Source: Lacrimispora sp.
GTDB lineage: Bacteria; Bacillota; Clostridia; Lachnospirales; Lachnospiraceae
Direction of reading: 5' to 3'
NCBI GenBank assembly: GCA_029256305.1
Contig: JAQSYE010000001.1
Span: forward strand, 3,139 to 67,138
Length of the DNA: 64,000 nucleotides
The notes under the pieces were generated by a model. It saw only the letters and a program-made list of their open reading frames with translations. It was not told the DNA's origin and searched no databases. Every line of letters begins with the position of its first letter. Position 1 is the stretch's first letter. A program made the position numbers and the translations under genes. Positions 39,404 through 48,982 of the stretch are shown here, in pieces.

Positions 39404-40477
39404 ATGAAGAAGACTATGAAAACAGCATCTCTTATTATGGCTGCAGTCCTTACCGCCATGAGTCTGGCTGCATGCGGCGGCACAGCTGCACCAACAAAAG
39501 CAGAAACCTCTGCAGCAGAAACTTCCGCAACCGAGGCTGCAAAAGCAGAAACCACAAAAGCAGCGGAGACAAAGGCTGCTGAAACCACAAAAGCTTCAGG
39601 CTATAAAGTGGCTATGGTTCTTGACTCTTCTGTTTCTGACGGAGGCTGGGGCGCGAGCTGCTATCAGGCTATGGTAAATGCAGCAAAGGACAGTGGCTGG
39701 GAAACGGTGTACACTGACAATGTAGCAACTGCTGATTTTACCACTGTTATGACAGATTATGCAGAGCTTGGATATAACCTGATCTTCGCTCCCGGCAATC
39801 AGTATACAGATGCAGTGAAGCAGGTGGCTGAGGAATATCCAGATATCAAGTTTGCTCTGTTAAACGGTACCGTTGAAACTAAAAACATTACTTCCATTCT
39901 TCCTGATGCAAAGCAGATCGGTTATATGGCAGGTGCTCTTGCAGGTCTCATGAGCAAGACAAACAACATTGGATTTATTGGCGGTATGGAGCTGGATACT
40001 ACAAAAGCAAAGCTGGAATGTTATGAAAAAGCTGCAAAAAAAGTAAATCCTGATATTAAAGTTTCTTCCGCTTATGCCGGCTCTTTCAGTGATACTGCCA
40101 AAGGTAAGGAGATTGCTTCCTCCATGGTTTCCACCTATGATGTTGACGTAATGTTTGGTGATGCCTCCGCAGTTGATACCGGAGCACGTGAGGCTCTGGC
40201 TGGCTCAGAAGGCAGATACGATATCGGACAGCCTGGAGATCTGGGTTCTGTGGATAACAAGATTATCATCTGCTCTGTTGTAACTGACAACGCAGCTCTA
40301 CTAAAAGCATGTATGAAGGATGTGGAAGCAGATACATTCGGTGGCAAGACCATCTACGGTGATTTAAGTAACGGATGCTTAAGCATCGGAACATTTTCAA
40401 ATGCAGTTCCTCAGGATATTCAGAAACAGTACAAAGAAATAGTTGATCAAATAAAGGCTGAAACCTATATTCAGTAA
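39404..40477 (+). CDS. BMP family ABC substrate-binding lipoprotein
   Basis: Lipobox LAAC, Ala/Glu/Thr/Lys linker, DGGWG, GYMAGALAGLMSKTNNIGFIGG. Confidence 0.92.
   Translation: MKKTMKTASLIMAAVLTAMSLAACGGTAAPTKAETSAAETSATEAAKAETTKAAETKAAETTKASGYKVAMVLDSSVSDGGWGASCYQAMVNAAKDSGWETVYTDNVATADFTTVMTDYAELGYNLIFAPGNQYTDAVKQVAEEYPDIKFALLNGTVETKNITSILPDAKQIGYMAGALAGLMSKTNNIGFIGGMELDTTKAKLECYEKAAKKVNPDIKVSSAYAGSFSDTAKGKEIASSMVSTYDVDVMFGDASAVDTGAREALAGSEGRYDIGQPGDLGSVDNKIIICSVVTDNAALLKACMKDVEADTFGGKTIYGDLSNGCLSIGTFSNAVPQDIQKQYKEIVDQIKAETYIQ
39490..39595 (+). repeat. Low-complexity linker repeats (AETTKA/AETSA) in the BMP lipoprotein
   Basis: Repeated GCAGAAACC/ACAAAAGCA units encoding KAETSAAETSATEAAKAETTKAAETKAAETTKA. 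Confidence 0.6.
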
Positions 40478-40480
40478 TTA

Positions 40481-40530
40481 AAAATCCCCGTGAAAGGGAG
40501 TATGAGAATACTTCTTTCACGGGGATTTTT
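40481..40530. terminator. Bidirectional terminator
   Basis: AAAATCCCCGTGAAAG/CTTTCACGGGGATTTT between convergent genes. Confidence 0.8.
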
Positions 40531-40609
40531 CTTGTCTTTTTAAATCAAAATCTTTCTTACGATACATAATTAACAGAATTGGGGAATCCTGATGATAGGT
40601 TAACAGATA

Positions 40610-41209
40610 CTATTTTGTCAGTGTAAAGGATTCAAAAAACGTATCAATTTCCGGTGTTCGTTCTCCTGATTCAGACACGGCCTGGAGCTGATAAATACGA
40701 TCTTCGGAAATAAATACTCTGTGATAGATTGTGATGGTATCAGATTGCATGGGAGCACTATATTTTAATTCTTTTCCCGGGTATTCTCCCAGGGTAATAT
40801 CTTTGCTGTCTTCAATGGTATAGGGAATGTTGGAAACTGCGCCCTCCAGCATAGTTGCCGGATCTGTCGCACTGCCCTCTGGTATATCATTGTACATTAC
40901 ATTATAAAGAGCATTTTCCTCCTCAAGTATATAGGAATACAGATCAGTTGAAGTTCCTCCAGAAGAAACTGACTGTTTCATCTCTTTGGGTGTTCCCGGA
41001 TAGCTGGCTGTGAACACTCCGTTTGGATCTTCAAAAACTGTGAAAGCGCTTGCTTCTGCACTTGCTTCCGATGCTTTGCTCTCCTGCGTTGTTTCCTGTG
41101 ATTGTGCAACGGTTGTGTCTGTTACGACTGCTTCTGCCTTTTTACTGCAGCCTGCGAGTGCTGCGATCAATAAACAGGCCAGTAAGATAGAATAAATTCT
41201 CTTTTTCAT
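40610..41209 (-). CDS. Lipoprotein, possibly PsbP/DcrB-like fold
   Basis: Lipobox LAGC; F.DP.G.F...YP, LGEYPGKE, RIYQL, FFESF pattern. Confidence 0.7.
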   Translation of the reverse strand: MKKRIYSILLACLLIAALAGCSKKAEAVVTDTTVAQSQETTQESKASEASAEASAFTVFEDPNGVFTASYPGTPKEMKQSVSSGGTSTDLYSYILEEENALYNVMYNDIPEGSATDPATMLEGAVSNIPYTIEDSKDITLGEYPGKELKYSAPMQSDTITIYHRVFISEDRIYQLQAVSESGERTPEIDTFFESFTLTK

Positions 41210-41459
41210 AATTTCTCCTCGTCAATTGGTATTGGCAATTCCCCTGCTTTTATATGTAAAATCGAAAGCAGTACGATTATAGCATAAAAGGCAAATGGTG
41301 ACAACATTCTATTTTTTTAATTATTAATTAATATTTTGTAACGGTATTATTTTCCTGCCGAGGCCCATGATTTTTTCATAAGGGTTTACCAAACAAGGAA
41401 ATTCATGATATAATATAGGAAGAAATATGCCGTTTATGTACGGCAGAACGGAGTTTTAC

Positions 41460-42224
41460 ATGTCACTCATACCGTTTCAAAAATTATCACCCAGAAGGCA
41501 CACCGAGGATGCCAGGCAGTATGCATACCGGATCATACGGCACTTCATTTTAAACCTGCATCTTCCTCCTGGAAGAAAGATGAATGAAGTAGAACTGGCA
41601 GATGCTCTAAACATCAGCCGGACTCCTGTCCACGATACTTTGTACAAGCTTTCCCGGAAGAATCTGATCGATATTATTCCTCAGAAAGGTGCCTTTGTTT
41701 CAAAGATAGATAACGGCAGGATCGAACAAACCTTATGGATTCATAAACAGCTGGGAACGGCTATGATCCAGAATATTTTTATACGGAATGTAAAGCGTCC
41801 CCAGTTTGATGTCCTCTATCACCATTTACAGGAGCTTGAGGACTATTTATCTCAGGGCGATTTGTCTCATTCCGTCCGGTTAATTACAGATTACTACCAT
41901 CTTCTTTATGAACTGGGAGGAAAGATGGACTATATATGGGAGGCTGTACAAAAAGCGAGCATGGATCTCCAGAGACTTTTATATCTGGCTGCATCTGATT
42001 CTTCCGTTACAGAAGATTTCATAAATGACCTTACTGCACTCACCGATGCACTGGCTGCAAGGAACAACGACCGCGCATGCACTATCTACCGCCATCATCT
42101 ATCCCGGATCCAGCTCCTGATTTCGTCATTACAGGAGTGTTATCCGGACTATTTTTTAGAAAGCCAGCCTGACTTTGAGACTTCGGGCTTCCAAAATCAG
42201 AAAGGAATCGGCTATTATGAATGA
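41460..42224 (+). CDS. GntR family regulator (FCD-type)
   Basis: LPPGRKMNEVELADALNISRTPVHDTL...IIPQKGAFV; ATG 41460 (alternative 41427). Confidence 0.88.
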   Translation: MSLIPFQKLSPRRHTEDARQYAYRIIRHFILNLHLPPGRKMNEVELADALNISRTPVHDTLYKLSRKNLIDIIPQKGAFVSKIDNGRIEQTLWIHKQLGTAMIQNIFIRNVKRPQFDVLYHHLQELEDYLSQGDLSHSVRLITDYYHLLYELGGKMDYIWEAVQKASMDLQRLLYLAASDSSVTEDFINDLTALTDALAARNNDRACTIYRHHLSRIQLLISSLQECYPDYFLESQPDFETSGFQNQKGIGYYE

Positions 42225-42999
42225 TTGTATTCAGACCAGATTTACCCTTAATGGAAAGAGGGCTTTGATTGCCGGAGGAACCGGCGGACTGGGGAGTGCC
42301 ATCGCAAGGGCCTTTCTTCAAAGCGGAGCCGACGTAGCTGTCTGCGGAGGACATCCCGAAAAGGCTGATTTTCTAAAGCAAACAGCTGTCCAGGAAGGAC
42401 AACGCTTTCTCGCTCTCGGATGTGATATCACAAATCGCGGTAAAGTAGAAGAAATGATAACTGAGCTTGACAGAGAATTCGGCGGTCTGGATATTTTAGT
42501 TAACAGCGCTGGTATGAACCGCCTGATTCCCGCTGAGGATTACGAGGAAGAAATTTTTTCACAGGTTATGGATTTAAATGTTCTTGGAATCCATACAGTG
42601 ACCCGTGCTGTGGGAAAACATTTCATGATACCGGCAGGATACGGACGTATCTTAAATCTGTCTTCTGTAAAGGGCCTGATCGGAACCGGCCAGGACTATC
42701 TGGCCTACTGCACCAGTAAAGGAGCTGTGAACATGTATACCAAACAGCTTGCCTGCGAGTGGGGGAAATACGGGATTACCTGTAACGCCATTGCCCCAAC
42801 CTTCGTCCGGACCCCCATCAACGCCTTTCAGCTGGACGACCCTCAATTTTACCAGACTTTAACGAAGCGGATTCCTCTGGGACGAATTGGAGAGGAAGAC
42901 GATATTGCTGCAGCTGCGGTATTTTTATGCAGCGATGCCTCTTCCTTTGTGTCCGGACAGATCCTTGGTGTAGACGGTGGCTTAACCGCGATGCAGTAA
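42217..42999 (+). CDS. SDR oxidoreductase (gluconate 5-dehydrogenase/KduD-like)
   Basis: GGTGGLG, NSAG, YCTSK (YxxxK), CEWGKYGITCNAIAP, RIPLGR, VDGG. Confidence 0.88.
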   Translation: MNDCIQTRFTLNGKRALIAGGTGGLGSAIARAFLQSGADVAVCGGHPEKADFLKQTAVQEGQRFLALGCDITNRGKVEEMITELDREFGGLDILVNSAGMNRLIPAEDYEEEIFSQVMDLNVLGIHTVTRAVGKHFMIPAGYGRILNLSSVKGLIGTGQDYLAYCTSKGAVNMYTKQLACEWGKYGITCNAIAPTFVRTPINAFQLDDPQFYQTLTKRIPLGRIGEEDDIAAAAVFLCSDASSFVSGQILGVDGGLTAMQ

Positions 43000-43042
43000 G
43001 AACAGATATAGTAGAATATGAGAATAAACGGAGGAACAAATA

Positions 43043-43558
43043 ATGATTTTTGGAAATATTTATAATCCCATGCTGAACGAACAGCTTGCTGTTCTCCCCG
43101 CACCACTTGGCTGCGCAATCCGTTATTTAACCGAGCATGACATGGCAGCCCACGAACCGGGCGTATTTTCCATTGATTTAAGTGGTGTACCTGTCATTCT
43201 TCAGGTATTAGATTTAAAGACCGCAGACCGAAGCGGACTTCGTCCTGAGATTCATAGAAAGAACATTGATGTGCAATTTCTTGCCTGCGGTGGCCCGGAA
43301 GAAGCCGGCTTCTATACAGACGACGGAAACGGACAGATTGAGGAGAATCTCCTTGATACGCCAAGAGACATCCTCTTTTACAAAAACGATCCTGCCGCTG
43401 CAGAGGGTCGGATTCATATGATTCCCGGAACTTTCGCGATTTACTTTCCCTGGGATGTGCATATCCCTGCGATTAAATCAGGAGACACAGAATCTCCCAT
43501 AAGAAAGATCGTAATAAAAGTACCGTTAGAAAGCTGCCTGCAGGACAGCACCTGTTAG
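43043..43558 (+). CDS. YhcH/YjgK/YiaL family protein
   Basis: EIHRKNIDVQ, DILFY, FAIYFPWDVHIP, IRKIVIKV. Confidence 0.9.
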   Translation: MIFGNIYNPMLNEQLAVLPAPLGCAIRYLTEHDMAAHEPGVFSIDLSGVPVILQVLDLKTADRSGLRPEIHRKNIDVQFLACGGPEEAGFYTDDGNGQIEENLLDTPRDILFYKNDPAAAEGRIHMIPGTFAIYFPWDVHIPAIKSGDTESPIRKIVIKVPLESCLQDSTC

Positions 43559-43572
43559 GAGGAGCACGAAAT

Positions 43573-44400
43573 ATGGAGTTAAACCATTATCTGGCGGAGC
43601 TTTCTTTAAAAGATCCGGAACAGAGACGTAATGCTTTAAGAGAGGTGCTTGCCAAGGAGCATCTGGATTTTGATCTTCAGGAAGACTCTCCTTCCCAAAA
43701 GGCTCCAAGAGGAGTTTATAACTACCTTCTGTCCCCATGGAACAAGGAACCTGGTCCGCTTTTCTGCGCGCATTATGACGCAGTGCCTGGGAGCTTTGGT
43801 GCCAATGATAATGCTGCCGCCTTGTGTATTCTCATTGCCCTTGCGGGAAAACTAAAGGAAGAGAATTTTCCTGCACGTTTTGCATTCTTTGACGGAGAGG
43901 AAACAGGCAATACCGGAAGCCGACTGTACGCTGCTTCCATGAATCATCAGGAGATAACAGGAGTTATTAATCTGGATGTGTGCGGTTACGGTGATACCAT
44001 TGCAGTGAACAGCCGGGGATATGAACATAAATCTGGTGTAGAAGCATTTTGCGGGAAAGAGATCTTAGCAGCACACAATGGCGTTCTTGTTAAATATCTT
44101 CCGGGAAGTGATGAAGCCTCTTTTTCCGGCAGCCGGACTCCCGCAATCAGTATTGCCAGCGTTCCAAGATGGGATATCCAGTATCTGAATGCACTTTCCA
44201 AGATGGGCAGCGGTCTCTTAGGCAGGACCCCGGAATTTCATATGATTTTGGATGAAATGGAGATATCTTCTACCATGCACGGCGGATACCGGGATACTCC
44301 GGAGTGGGTTGAATTAGCAGCCATGAATCGAATATACGACTTTCTAACGGATGCACTTCACCGTCCATATAGCAAAAAGAAAAGGTTCCTTCTGTTTTGA
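43573..44400 (+). CDS. M28 family zinc metallo-hydrolase (cytoplasmic)
   Basis: AHYD, GANDNAA, DGEETG, NLDVCG, SD, MH...D zinc ligands; no signal peptide. Confidence 0.85.
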   Translation: MELNHYLAELSLKDPEQRRNALREVLAKEHLDFDLQEDSPSQKAPRGVYNYLLSPWNKEPGPLFCAHYDAVPGSFGANDNAAALCILIALAGKLKEENFPARFAFFDGEETGNTGSRLYAASMNHQEITGVINLDVCGYGDTIAVNSRGYEHKSGVEAFCGKEILAAHNGVLVKYLPGSDEASFSGSRTPAISIASVPRWDIQYLNALSKMGSGLLGRTPEFHMILDEMEISSTMHGGYRDTPEWVELAAMNRIYDFLTDALHRPYSKKKRFLLF

Positions 44401-44424
44401 TACGCAGAAGGAACCTTTTCTTTT
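44375..44424. terminator. Bidirectional terminator
   Basis: 20-bp perfect inverted repeat AAAAGAAAAGGTTCCTTCTG/CAGAAGGAACCTTTTCTTTT. Confidence 0.85.
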
Positions 44425-44440
44425 AGAGAGAGAGTGGGGT

Positions 44441-45463
44441 TTAAAAATCAAAAGTTAGAACAATCTTACGGATAGACGAATCATGACTATCCACAAAATC
44501 AAAGGCCTCTTGAGCCTTAGTCAGCGAAAAGGTGTGGGAAACAGAGCCGGTTAAATCCAGTTTTCCCTCATGAATCATATCAATAGCTTTTCCAAACATT
44601 TTATTTTGAAGTCTGGAGCCTCTTACATCCAGTTCCTTTGCCGTTATGGCAAACTGATTAATCTCTGTGGGTGCAGTTGAAAATCCCATGGTGATAACCC
44701 TTCCGGCATTTCCGGTGGCATTTAAAAGGCGAATCAGAGAATCCTTGTTGCAGACAGCATCTATGGATACGGTCGCACCATGGTGGTGCGTATATTCTTT
44801 CACTTTCTCAACCAGATCTTCGTTAAGAACGTTTATGGTATGCTCCGCACCATTGGCTTTTGCAGTCTCAAGCTTATCATCCTGAATATCTGCAACAATG
44901 ATGTGATCACAGATTTGACTGGCTATTTTTAAAATGGAGCTTCCAAGCGCACCGGAACCATAGATAAGAAGCATATCGTCCTTTTCCAGTTCGGCCCTGG
45001 TACAGGACTGAATGGCAATGGTAGTAGGCTCAATCATAACCGCATCCTGATCAGATATGGAGTCTGGAAGAGGATAACAGTCCACTTCCGGTACCGCAAT
45101 AAACTCCCGATAGCCTCCGTCAATATGAACTCCCCGTACTTTTAAATGATCACAGACATTTCCTCTTCCCTTCAGGCATGGATAGCAGTGCCCGCAGCTT
45201 GTAACCTGATTGACGATTACACGATCACCAACTTTTAATTTCTTAACAGAAGAACCAGTTTCTGCCACTACGCCCACCATCTCGTGTCCGATAATTCTGG
45301 GATAAGTTGCTGCTGCATTGGTCCCATGATAAATTCCAACATCTGAGCCGCAGATTCCTGCAGCTGTCATTTTTACAATCACATTGTTTTCTTCATCAAG
45401 GCCTGGCTTCTCTATATCAATTACCTTTAATTCTCCTGGCTTTACAATCTGTACCGCTTTCAT
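44441..45463 (-). CDS. Zinc-dependent (MDR) sugar-acid dehydrogenase, RspB/L-gulonate 5-dehydrogenase-like
   Basis: GICGSD, YPRIIGHE, CGHCYPC...NVC, GVHIDGG, AVMIEP, MGFS, ITAKEL...SRL closely follow RspB as I recall it. Confidence 0.85.
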   Translation of the reverse strand: MKAVQIVKPGELKVIDIEKPGLDEENNVIVKMTAAGICGSDVGIYHGTNAAATYPRIIGHEMVGVVAETGSSVKKLKVGDRVIVNQVTSCGHCYPCLKGRGNVCDHLKVRGVHIDGGYREFIAVPEVDCYPLPDSISDQDAVMIEPTTIAIQSCTRAELEKDDMLLIYGSGALGSSILKIASQICDHIIVADIQDDKLETAKANGAEHTINVLNEDLVEKVKEYTHHHGATVSIDAVCNKDSLIRLLNATGNAGRVITMGFSTAPTEINQFAITAKELDVRGSRLQNKMFGKAIDMIHEGKLDLTGSVSHTFSLTKAQEAFDFVDSHDSSIRKIVLTFDF

Positions 45464-45484
45464 ATGATTTATCTCCTTTATTTC

Positions 45485-46360
45485 TTAGCGTACCTCCAGA
45501 TATTTGGAAAGAATCTCATCCATCTCTTCTTTCCTGCTTTCTGTTAAGGGCAGCATGGGTTTTCTTACTTCTCCGGCTGGAATTCCCTGACCGGAAACAA
45601 TGTATTTTAAGTTTGCGCAGAGACCATTTTTCAAAAGCACATCTAAAATGTTGTTGGATTTAGTCTGCAGAACTCTGGCTTCCTCCTCGTTTCCTTCCAG
45701 GTACAATTCCATGATCCGCTTAAACTGAGGCAGCATAAAGTTAAAGCTGCTTCCGATAAAGCCATCACAGCCAAGAGCAAGGAATGCTACCATAGAGCTT
45801 TCAAAGCCTCCGTAGCAGATGATGTCAGAATTTATGTTTTTAATCCGTTCCATCTGCAGAAGATTTAAATTGGTGTGCTTGATTGCTCCTATTGCGCCGG
45901 ATTTTAACAGTTCTCTGGTCTCCATATTATTTAGATCCAGTTCTCTATGAGTGCTGGATGGAATGTTATAGTAAAGGACCGGCTCCCCCACTGCCTGAGC
46001 GATATCATAATAGTATTGTGCGATTTCCTTCTCAGAAAATCCAAAATACAAAGGCGGTGTTGCTGCAATGCCCTGGATTCCCAGTTCCTTTGCTTTTTTT
46101 GCATAAAAAATGGCTTCATCTGTGCTGATGGCACCCACATGGGCATATAAATCACAACGATCTTTCAGCTCCGATGCCAGTTCGAAGGAACGAATCCGTT
46201 CTTCTCTGGTTAACAAAAAGCACTCTCCGGAGCTTCCCCCGATGAAAAATCCATCTGCTCCTTCCGTAAGGTTTCTTTCCCAAAGCTGTCTGGCTGAAGT
46301 TTCGTTGATTTTACCCTGTCTGTCAAATGGCGTTATTGAAGCAACAATTAATTTTTTCAT
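45485..46360 (-). CDS. DHDPS/N-acetylneuraminate lyase family class I aldolase
   Basis: ITPFD, GGSSGE, AHVG, PPLY, YYNIP, Schiff-base IKHT. Confidence 0.88.
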   Translation of the reverse strand: MKKLIVASITPFDRQGKINETSARQLWERNLTEGADGFFIGGSSGECFLLTREERIRSFELASELKDRCDLYAHVGAISTDEAIFYAKKAKELGIQGIAATPPLYFGFSEKEIAQYYYDIAQAVGEPVLYYNIPSSTHRELDLNNMETRELLKSGAIGAIKHTNLNLLQMERIKNINSDIICYGGFESSMVAFLALGCDGFIGSSFNFMLPQFKRIMELYLEGNEEEARVLQTKSNNILDVLLKNGLCANLKYIVSGQGIPAGEVRKPMLPLTESRKEEMDEILSKYLEVR

Positions 46361-46432
46361 GATAATATGTCCCCCTGACATTTAATTGAACCCCTTATTG
46401 TACCGGCAAGCAGCCGGAATCCTATAAAAAAC

Positions 46433-46537
46433 GGGTGTCCAAAAAGGCAGATAGCAGGATACAATCACTCCTGTACTGAAATGATTCCAGATACCAGGTA
46501 TTGCCGTATTCATTCACACTGACTCTTTGGGACACCC
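46433..46537. repeat. About 105-bp element bounded by inverted repeats (MITE-like or large hairpin)
   Basis: GGGTGTCCAAAAAGGCAG ... CTGACTCTTTGGGACACCC. Confidence 0.45.
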
Positions 46538-46556
46538 TCCCTTCTTGTGTAATTAA

Positions 46557-47477
46557 TTACCGTTCTTTCCCTTCCAGGGCATGTACCATTTCTACTACAA
46601 ACTCATGGGTGGGAACGGGTATATTACATTTTTTAGCTGCTCTTACAACCGAACCGCTGATCATATCCACCTCAGTTTTCCGTCCATTCTGTATATCTGC
46701 ACGAATTGAGGTACAGCCGCCCGGTGACATTTCTGACGTCTTTTTTACTTTTTCCATAATTTCATCTGCATCTGCTTCCAGACCCAGACCATGAGCCACA
46801 GCTACCGATTCCCGGATCAGACTGACTGTCATATTCCATGCATGCTCATTGGCAGAAATGTATCCCATATCTACCTGCAGAATTCCGGTAACTGCACTTA
46901 AAGAAACATTGGTAAACAGCTTGTTCCAGATCAGCTGCTGAATATTGGAATGGATTTTCACGGAAAAACCGCAGCATTCAAACTCCTCTTTCAGCCTTGG
47001 GAGAAACCCTTGACTGTCCTCTGTGAGCATTCCCACATTGGTATTTCCGGTTCCGCCTCTCCTGATAAACCCAGGTCCCAGAACGGCTCCGTTGTCTTCT
47101 GTTGTTCCAATGATAATGTGGTCCTTAGGAGCAAATTCTCCCAGAATATCCTCGTGGCCGGAACCGTTTTGCAACGTCAATAAATAGGTGTTTTCTCCAA
47201 TTAAGTTCTTACCTGAAACAAGTGCATCCCTGGAATACAGCGATTTCACAAAAAGAAGTACCAGATCCATGGTCGGAAGACCGTCTGCAGACGTAACTGC
47301 ATTGGGATAATATACGTTTTCTTCCCCATTCTCCTGAAGTCTGATTCCTTCCTTCCGGATATGTTCTACAATGGCTGGAGAAGTATCCACCAGATAAACT
47401 TCATGCTTTTGGGACAAATGGCCGCCATAGATCGAACCCATGGCTCCCGCTCCGATTACTGCAATTTTCATATCCAT
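46557..47477 (-). CDS. Ketopantoate reductase family (PanE/ApbA) 2-keto-acid reductase
   Basis: IGAGAMG, FVKS, LQNG, WNKLFTN, SIRAD, RKTEVD..SG. Confidence 0.88.
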   Translation of the reverse strand: MDMKIAVIGAGAMGSIYGGHLSQKHEVYLVDTSPAIVEHIRKEGIRLQENGEENVYYPNAVTSADGLPTMDLVLLFVKSLYSRDALVSGKNLIGENTYLLTLQNGSGHEDILGEFAPKDHIIIGTTEDNGAVLGPGFIRRGGTGNTNVGMLTEDSQGFLPRLKEEFECCGFSVKIHSNIQQLIWNKLFTNVSLSAVTGILQVDMGYISANEHAWNMTVSLIRESVAVAHGLGLEADADEIMEKVKKTSEMSPGGCTSIRADIQNGRKTEVDMISGSVVRAAKKCNIPVPTHEFVVEMVHALEGKER

Positions 47478-47487
47478 TCACCTTCCG

Positions 47488-48177
47488 TTATCTGGAAAAC
47501 TCTGCAATTCCCTCAATGGCATAAGCACGAATCGGGCAGGAATCAAGTCCTTTGATTGGGATTGGTGTATAGGACATGAAGAAGGTGTCGGTGGTCAGTT
47601 CTTCTAAATTCTTAAGCACTTCCAAGAATACCACATCAACTTCCATCAAAACATCATGGAATGCAGAAACATCAGTGTTGTTGCTTTCGATGGAAACACC
47701 GTCTCCAAAGCCAACGCATTTCACTTTCTTTTCTTTCAGCCATTCTGCTGTTTCACGGCAGATAAAAAGTCTCTTATCTTCCTCTGTATTAGAAGCGGGA
47801 GTAAATGGAGGCAGCTTATACTGGGAATCCAGAATCACGATATCGCCTTCTTTAATCCGGTCGCCGCAGGCCTTCTCTAAATCTTCTGCCTTAATCTTTC
47901 CGTTTGGTTCCATATGGCTAATACTTACATATATGGCACGTCCCATAAAAGTACTGATTGGAAGACCCTGAACATCAGTCCAGTTGTCATTATGATGATA
48001 CGGACATTCTACATGAGTACCTAAATGGCTCGTTAAATCCATGATGGTATGGAAATCTGGAATTGGACCTCCTGTGTTAAAGCGAAATAAATGGCACCGT
48101 CTTGATTCAGTTTCCGGATCCAGCTGCTTTGTTAAATCGATAACTCTTAAACCATTACCTAATTGTGATACGCTCAT
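47488..48177 (-). CDS. Cyclase family (kynurenine formamidase-like) metal hydrolase
   Basis: HLGTHVECPYH (HxGTHxDxPxH variant), EVLKNL, IKGLDSCPIRA. Confidence 0.85.
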   Translation of the reverse strand: MSVSQLGNGLRVIDLTKQLDPETESRRCHLFRFNTGGPIPDFHTIMDLTSHLGTHVECPYHHNDNWTDVQGLPISTFMGRAIYVSISHMEPNGKIKAEDLEKACGDRIKEGDIVILDSQYKLPPFTPASNTEEDKRLFICRETAEWLKEKKVKCVGFGDGVSIESNNTDVSAFHDVLMEVDVVFLEVLKNLEELTTDTFFMSYTPIPIKGLDSCPIRAYAIEGIAEFSR

Positions 48178-48224
48178 TTGTTTTCCTCCTGCGAGATAAA
48201 ATTTTAGTTTGTCTTACTGCTACT

Positions 48225-48293
48225 ATTATACCTGTATACCGGTATACCGGTCAATCATTTTCTGTTGACTTGTGAAATTTTCTGGGGTATGAT
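48225..48293. promoter_or_regulatory. Divergent sigma-A promoters with TATACCGG repeat operator
   Basis: Minus: TTGACC-18 bp-TATAAT (48225-48254) whose spacer is built of TATACC(T/G)G repeats; plus: TTGACT-17 bp-TATGAT (48265-48293). Confidence 0.7.
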
Positions 48294-48321
48294 AGGCTAA
48301 AACCCATGAAAGGAGTTTTTC

Positions 48322-48969
48322 ATGTACGATAGCGGTTCCCTGCAGTCACAGGCTTATAATACCATCAAAGAACAGATTTTATCCAAATCACTGGACTCCG
48401 ATATTTTATATTCAGAGACCAAGATTGCAAAAGAACTTGGAATTTCACGGACTCCCCTACGGGAAGCTCTTCAGTGTCTTTCCCAGGATGGCTACATCAC
48501 CATCATCCCCAGCCGGGGATTTCAAATTCGCCGTCTGGATAAAGAAACCATGCGCGAATCCATTGAAGTCCGCTGTGCCATTGAAGGTTTCTGTGTTCAT
48601 CTGGCTGCCTCTTTACGAGGAGACCAGCGGTTTATAACACTTCTTCAGGATATGGAAGAGTCTCTTGTGAGACAAAAAGCCGCAATGACTTCGGACAACT
48701 TCCCTGTCTCCTTTACGGAGGAGGACCATCGGTTTCATATGCTTCTGGTCCATTTCGCTAAAAACAGTGAATTTGATCACTTATTCCAGCGCCTCCTTTA
48801 TATGATTCATCTGACGACGGCCAATGCCCTTACTGTTACAGGACGGACACAAGCCACATTAGACGAGCATGAGAATTTCTATCAACAATTGAAAAACGGG
48901 AACACAGATCAGGCTTATCAGGTTCTGATCGCTCATTTAATGATGCCTCTTGGCATGAATTTAATCTAA
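48322..48969 (+). CDS. GntR family regulator (FCD-type)
   Basis: SETKIAKELGISRTPLREAL...IPSRG, EDHRFH, EHENF. Confidence 0.92.
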   Translation: MYDSGSLQSQAYNTIKEQILSKSLDSDILYSETKIAKELGISRTPLREALQCLSQDGYITIIPSRGFQIRRLDKETMRESIEVRCAIEGFCVHLAASLRGDQRFITLLQDMEESLVRQKAAMTSDNFPVSFTEEDHRFHMLLVHFAKNSEFDHLFQRLLYMIHLTTANALTVTGRTQATLDEHENFYQQLKNGNTDQAYQVLIAHLMMPLGMNLI

Positions 48970-48982
48970 GCAAAGCCTGCTG

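Noticed and set aside
39490-39595. Possible CRISPR or tandem DNA repeat
   Set aside because: In-frame degenerate codon repeats of a lipoprotein linker; no spacers or cas genes in the window
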